Below, piece after piece: positions 26,846 through 29,288 of a DNA stretch of 29,288 nt. Source of the stretch: Fimbriimonadales bacterium (GTDB lineage Bacteria > Armatimonadota > Fimbriimonadia > Fimbriimonadales > JABRVX01); assembly GCA_045862955.1 (NCBI GenBank), contig BTVI01000038.1:1-29288 (forward strand). The letters run 5' to 3'. Within the stretch, counting starts at the first letter, position 1; every line of letters begins with the position of its first letter. The notes under the pieces are model-generated. The model was not told the DNA's origin and did no database searches. It saw only the letters and a list, made by a program, of their open reading frames with translations. The position numbers and the translations under genes are program-made.

Positions 26846-26918
26846 ATGCTCCCCGCACGCCCTCTCGCTCCATTCAGCTTCCAACACTTCTGCTCAATGA
26901 GGAGGATCAGAATCTTAG

Positions 26919-29288
26919 ATGAAGCGAACGAATCTGCTTCACGTCGTCTTCTGCGCACTGCTCTTGATGGGCAGCGCAGCACTACACGCCCAGGCACCGA
27001 TCTTCGATCGTGGCCTTCCGACGGCGAACCTGAACAACGCTGCCGGAGCGGACCGGAGCAACGTGGCATGGGGCTTCGGCTACGATGCTGGCCCGCCGCC
27101 AGAGGGCAACAACGAGTGGTTTAGCGGAGATGACTTCGTACTGCCGGCGAACGCCCATGGCAAGGTATGGCGTGTGACCAAAGTACGTATCTGGGCCGTC
27201 GCCGGCGCTGCCGGGGACCCCAATTTCAAGTTGGGTGACCGGTACTATCGCGTCACGCTCTACGGAGCAGGTGGACACGGAGCGATCGTGCCTATCAAAT
27301 CTGGTGACATCGGAGCCGGCACCAATACCGCACTGATACCTGGCACGAGCACGCCGAACCCAGACATCGTCTTCACGCCGGTTCAGTATTCAGGTGGATA
27401 CGACTACCAGGGCAGCTCTGGCGCATACCTCCAGATCTGGCAGACCGACTTTTCGAACTGCGACTGGCTCGTTCCCGGCGGACAGCCGATCCGCTTCGGA
27501 GTTCATGGCCTAGTCTATGACAACGTGAACCATGTGTGGTTCAACCACGCATCGAACGCGGCACGGAGTGGCTCGACACAGGACGGCGCGGACGATCTGA
27601 TGCGGTACTTCTATATCCATAACTTGGAGAGTGGCGATGGGCTCTGGAACTCCCATGGATACGGATGGGACAAGTCCAGCGACATCAACGTGCAGGTTTG
27701 GGCCGAAGAGGTGGAGTTGCCGCTACCCGGCTTCCCCGTAGACCTCAACGGCACCTACATCTGCCCGAGTATTACTGATGCCGGCCTCTCCTATCCGGGC
27801 ATCGCGATGGCTTCCACGATGGCCGATCCGTACTTCGGACAGGTGATCGAGCGGAGCGGTCCGGGCTCTCCGGTCTGGAACCCGAACGTGCTCGAGGGCA
27901 CCCATACTCCGTTCTCCGATGCCGTGAAGCCACCCAAGCTCTTAATGGTGCCAACGATAGGGGTGTGCTGTGCCGCCGATCTCGATCTGTCTGGAATGTG
28001 GAATTCCACCGACGACTTCGGGATCGCGCTCGTAGACGGCACGGTTGTCGCCGGGATCCGAGTGACAGACACTGGGGCTGGGTACAAGTTGGAGCTTGCT
28101 AGCCGGCTCGTGGGCCCACCGTGGACGCTCTCGCTGGGCGGCACGCCGTACACTGCGAATGCCGACGAGACCAGGTTCCATGTGCGGCTGCACGTGTACA
28201 CGGACGGCGGCCTGTTGGCTTATGTCACTCCGCTCAACGGCACGAACGCCGGCAAGGAGCAGGACTTGGCGCAGACCGGGCAGTGGGTTCCTAGCCCGGC
28301 GCTCGGCGCTAACGTCGCGTTCACCGCAGGGTTCACCTCGATGAGTCCAAAGGCGCTGGCGGTTGCTGGCATCACTAACTTCCAGACTAACAAGCCGGCA
28401 GACGTCATGTACCTGTTCTCGGACGATCCATACGTGAAGTCCGCAGAGCTGATCGGCTATCGCTTCGGGATGGCCAACATGGCGCAGAGCGCGTTCGGCT
28501 ATCAGGCTTGGCTGTCTTCTGCCGGCGCACAGGCGTACTCCGGTGGAGGCTACACCGCATTCCCATATCCGTTCCACATCCAGCCATTCGGGGCAGCGAT
28601 CGACGGACAGGTGGGATATGGTTCGCCTCCGGTGTATGTGGACTCCTCGCTGGCGCTGTACGCGTTCTCTCCCACTGCGCAGGGTACTGCGTGGATGTGG
28701 CTCAACACGAACAGCGGTCCGCCGAACAACTTCCCGACGCGCTGGACCAACACATTCGGGCAACCGATCTATCCGTTCGACTTCCTCACTGGTGACGCGG
28801 CGCATCTGGAGTTGTCGAATGGGATCGTCGTAGATGACACGGCGCCGACGTTGACAGGTCTGGTGGCGACGCAGTCGCACGGCAACGTGCTGAACGGCGC
28901 GCAGCCGGTGATGCTCGGCAACCTCACGATCTGCGTGGATGCCACGGACGTGGGGCCGCTCGTGAATGGCTCGGGACTGGCTAACAGGCCGCTCATCTCC
29001 ATTCCGGAGTTCGGCATCAGCAACCAGCCGATGTATTCGGGCACGGGGAACACCTTCTGCTACGACTACACCGTGACGAGTCTGACACCCTGCGGCACTG
29101 CCAACATCACCATCACTGCCGAGGACGACGCGGGGAACGCGGCAACGCCGGCTACCGGTACGCTGACGGTGAACACCACCAACGTCAACATCACCGTCCA
29201 GATGGCAGGCGGCTTCGCAGCCGGACCGGTTACGCGAGAGATCCTGTTCACCGTCGGTGGAACGGGAGGGTCCAACCCGCCGATCACG
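26919..29288 (+). CDS. Large secreted multidomain surface protein, at least 790 aa, truncated by the window end (absent from the ORF track)
   Basis: SD GAGGAGG at 26899-26905, ATG 26919, open to the window end: MKRTNLLHVVFCALLLMGSAALHA|QAPIFDRGLPTANLNNAAGADRSNVAW...GWDKSSDINVQV...YVKSAELIGYRFGMANM...IVVDDTAPT...ITITAEDDAGN...FTVGGTGGSNPPIT. Confidence 0.9.
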   Translation, partial: MKRTNLLHVVFCALLLMGSAALHAQAPIFDRGLPTANLNNAAGADRSNVAWGFGYDAGPPPEGNNEWFSGDDFVLPANAHGKVWRVTKVRIWAVAGAAGDPNFKLGDRYYRVTLYGAGGHGAIVPIKSGDIGAGTNTALIPGTSTPNPDIVFTPVQYSGGYDYQGSSGAYLQIWQTDFSNCDWLVPGGQPIRFGVHGLVYDNVNHVWFNHASNAARSGSTQDGADDLMRYFYIHNLESGDGLWNSHGYGWDKSSDINVQVWAEEVELPLPGFPVDLNGTYICPSITDAGLSYPGIAMASTMADPYFGQVIERSGPGSPVWNPNVLEGTHTPFSDAVKPPKLLMVPTIGVCCAADLDLSGMWNSTDDFGIALVDGTVVAGIRVTDTGAGYKLELASRLVGPPWTLSLGGTPYTANADETRFHVRLHVYTDGGLLAYVTPLNGTNAGKEQDLAQTGQWVPSPALGANVAFTAGFTSMSPKALAVAGITNFQTNKPADVMYLFSDDPYVKSAELIGYRFGMANMAQSAFGYQAWLSSAGAQAYSGGGYTAFPYPFHIQPFGAAIDGQVGYGSPPVYVDSSLALYAFSPTAQGTAWMWLNTNSGPPNNFPTRWTNTFGQPIYPFDFLTGDAAHLELSNGIVVDDTAPTLTGLVATQSHGNVLNGAQPVMLGNLTICVDATDVGPLVNGSGLANRPLISIPEFGISNQPMYSGTGNTFCYDYTVTSLTPCGTANITITAEDDAGNAATPATGTLTVNTTNVNITVQMAGGFAAGPVTREILFTVGGTGGSNPPIT

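Noticed and set aside
26246..27124. Short ORFs in the leader (26279..26587, 26401..26736, 26663..27124 and antisense ones)
   Set aside because: No convincing SD, Arg/Pro/Ala-rich GC-shadow composition, and no motifs. A leader peptide cannot be fully excluded.
27723..29287. Antisense and alternate-frame ORFs such as 27942..28880 (-)
   Set aside because: They are shadows of the real + strand ORF starting at 26919. The same applies to the many overlapping ORFs across the window.
1..29288. CRISPR array, IS or integrase, prophage, tRNA or rRNA, defence system
   Set aside because: No regularly spaced repeats, terminal inverted repeats, recombinase motifs or cloverleaf structures were seen.

Overview
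GC-rich bacterial chromosomal segment. The mix of a PEP-CTERM protein, X-module/dockerin-like C-termini and a DapG-type aspartokinase suggests Armatimonadota, but this is inference. I see no mobile element, CRISPR array, tRNA or rRNA. The left two-thirds is mostly housekeeping and envelope genes: partial nth-like glycosylase, sucC, Clp1-type polynucleotide kinase, lnt, a GH63-like protein with an apparently dead active site, a zinc-ribbon membrane protein, a GT-C-like membrane protein, an orphan GAF-PAS histidine kinase, a PEP-CTERM protein, aroC, purA, a stand-alone ACT protein plus aspartokinase, and murB. The right third encodes large secreted proteins: two tandem proteins ending in the same X-module plus dockerin-like domain, a 1545-aa LamG/TPR/PKD protein, and a protein of at least 790 aa that the ORF track missed because it runs off the window. 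The last has a possible cohesin-like domain. The best candidates for something undescribed are (1) a ~715-nt, densely base-paired leader or ncRNA between a good sigma70 promoter (26167-26195) and that last gene, with mutually exclusive pairings and an anti-SD, and (2) a possible non-cellulosomal cohesin-dockerin surface-assembly system. All domain calls and RNA pairings were made by eye; no searches or folding programs were run.
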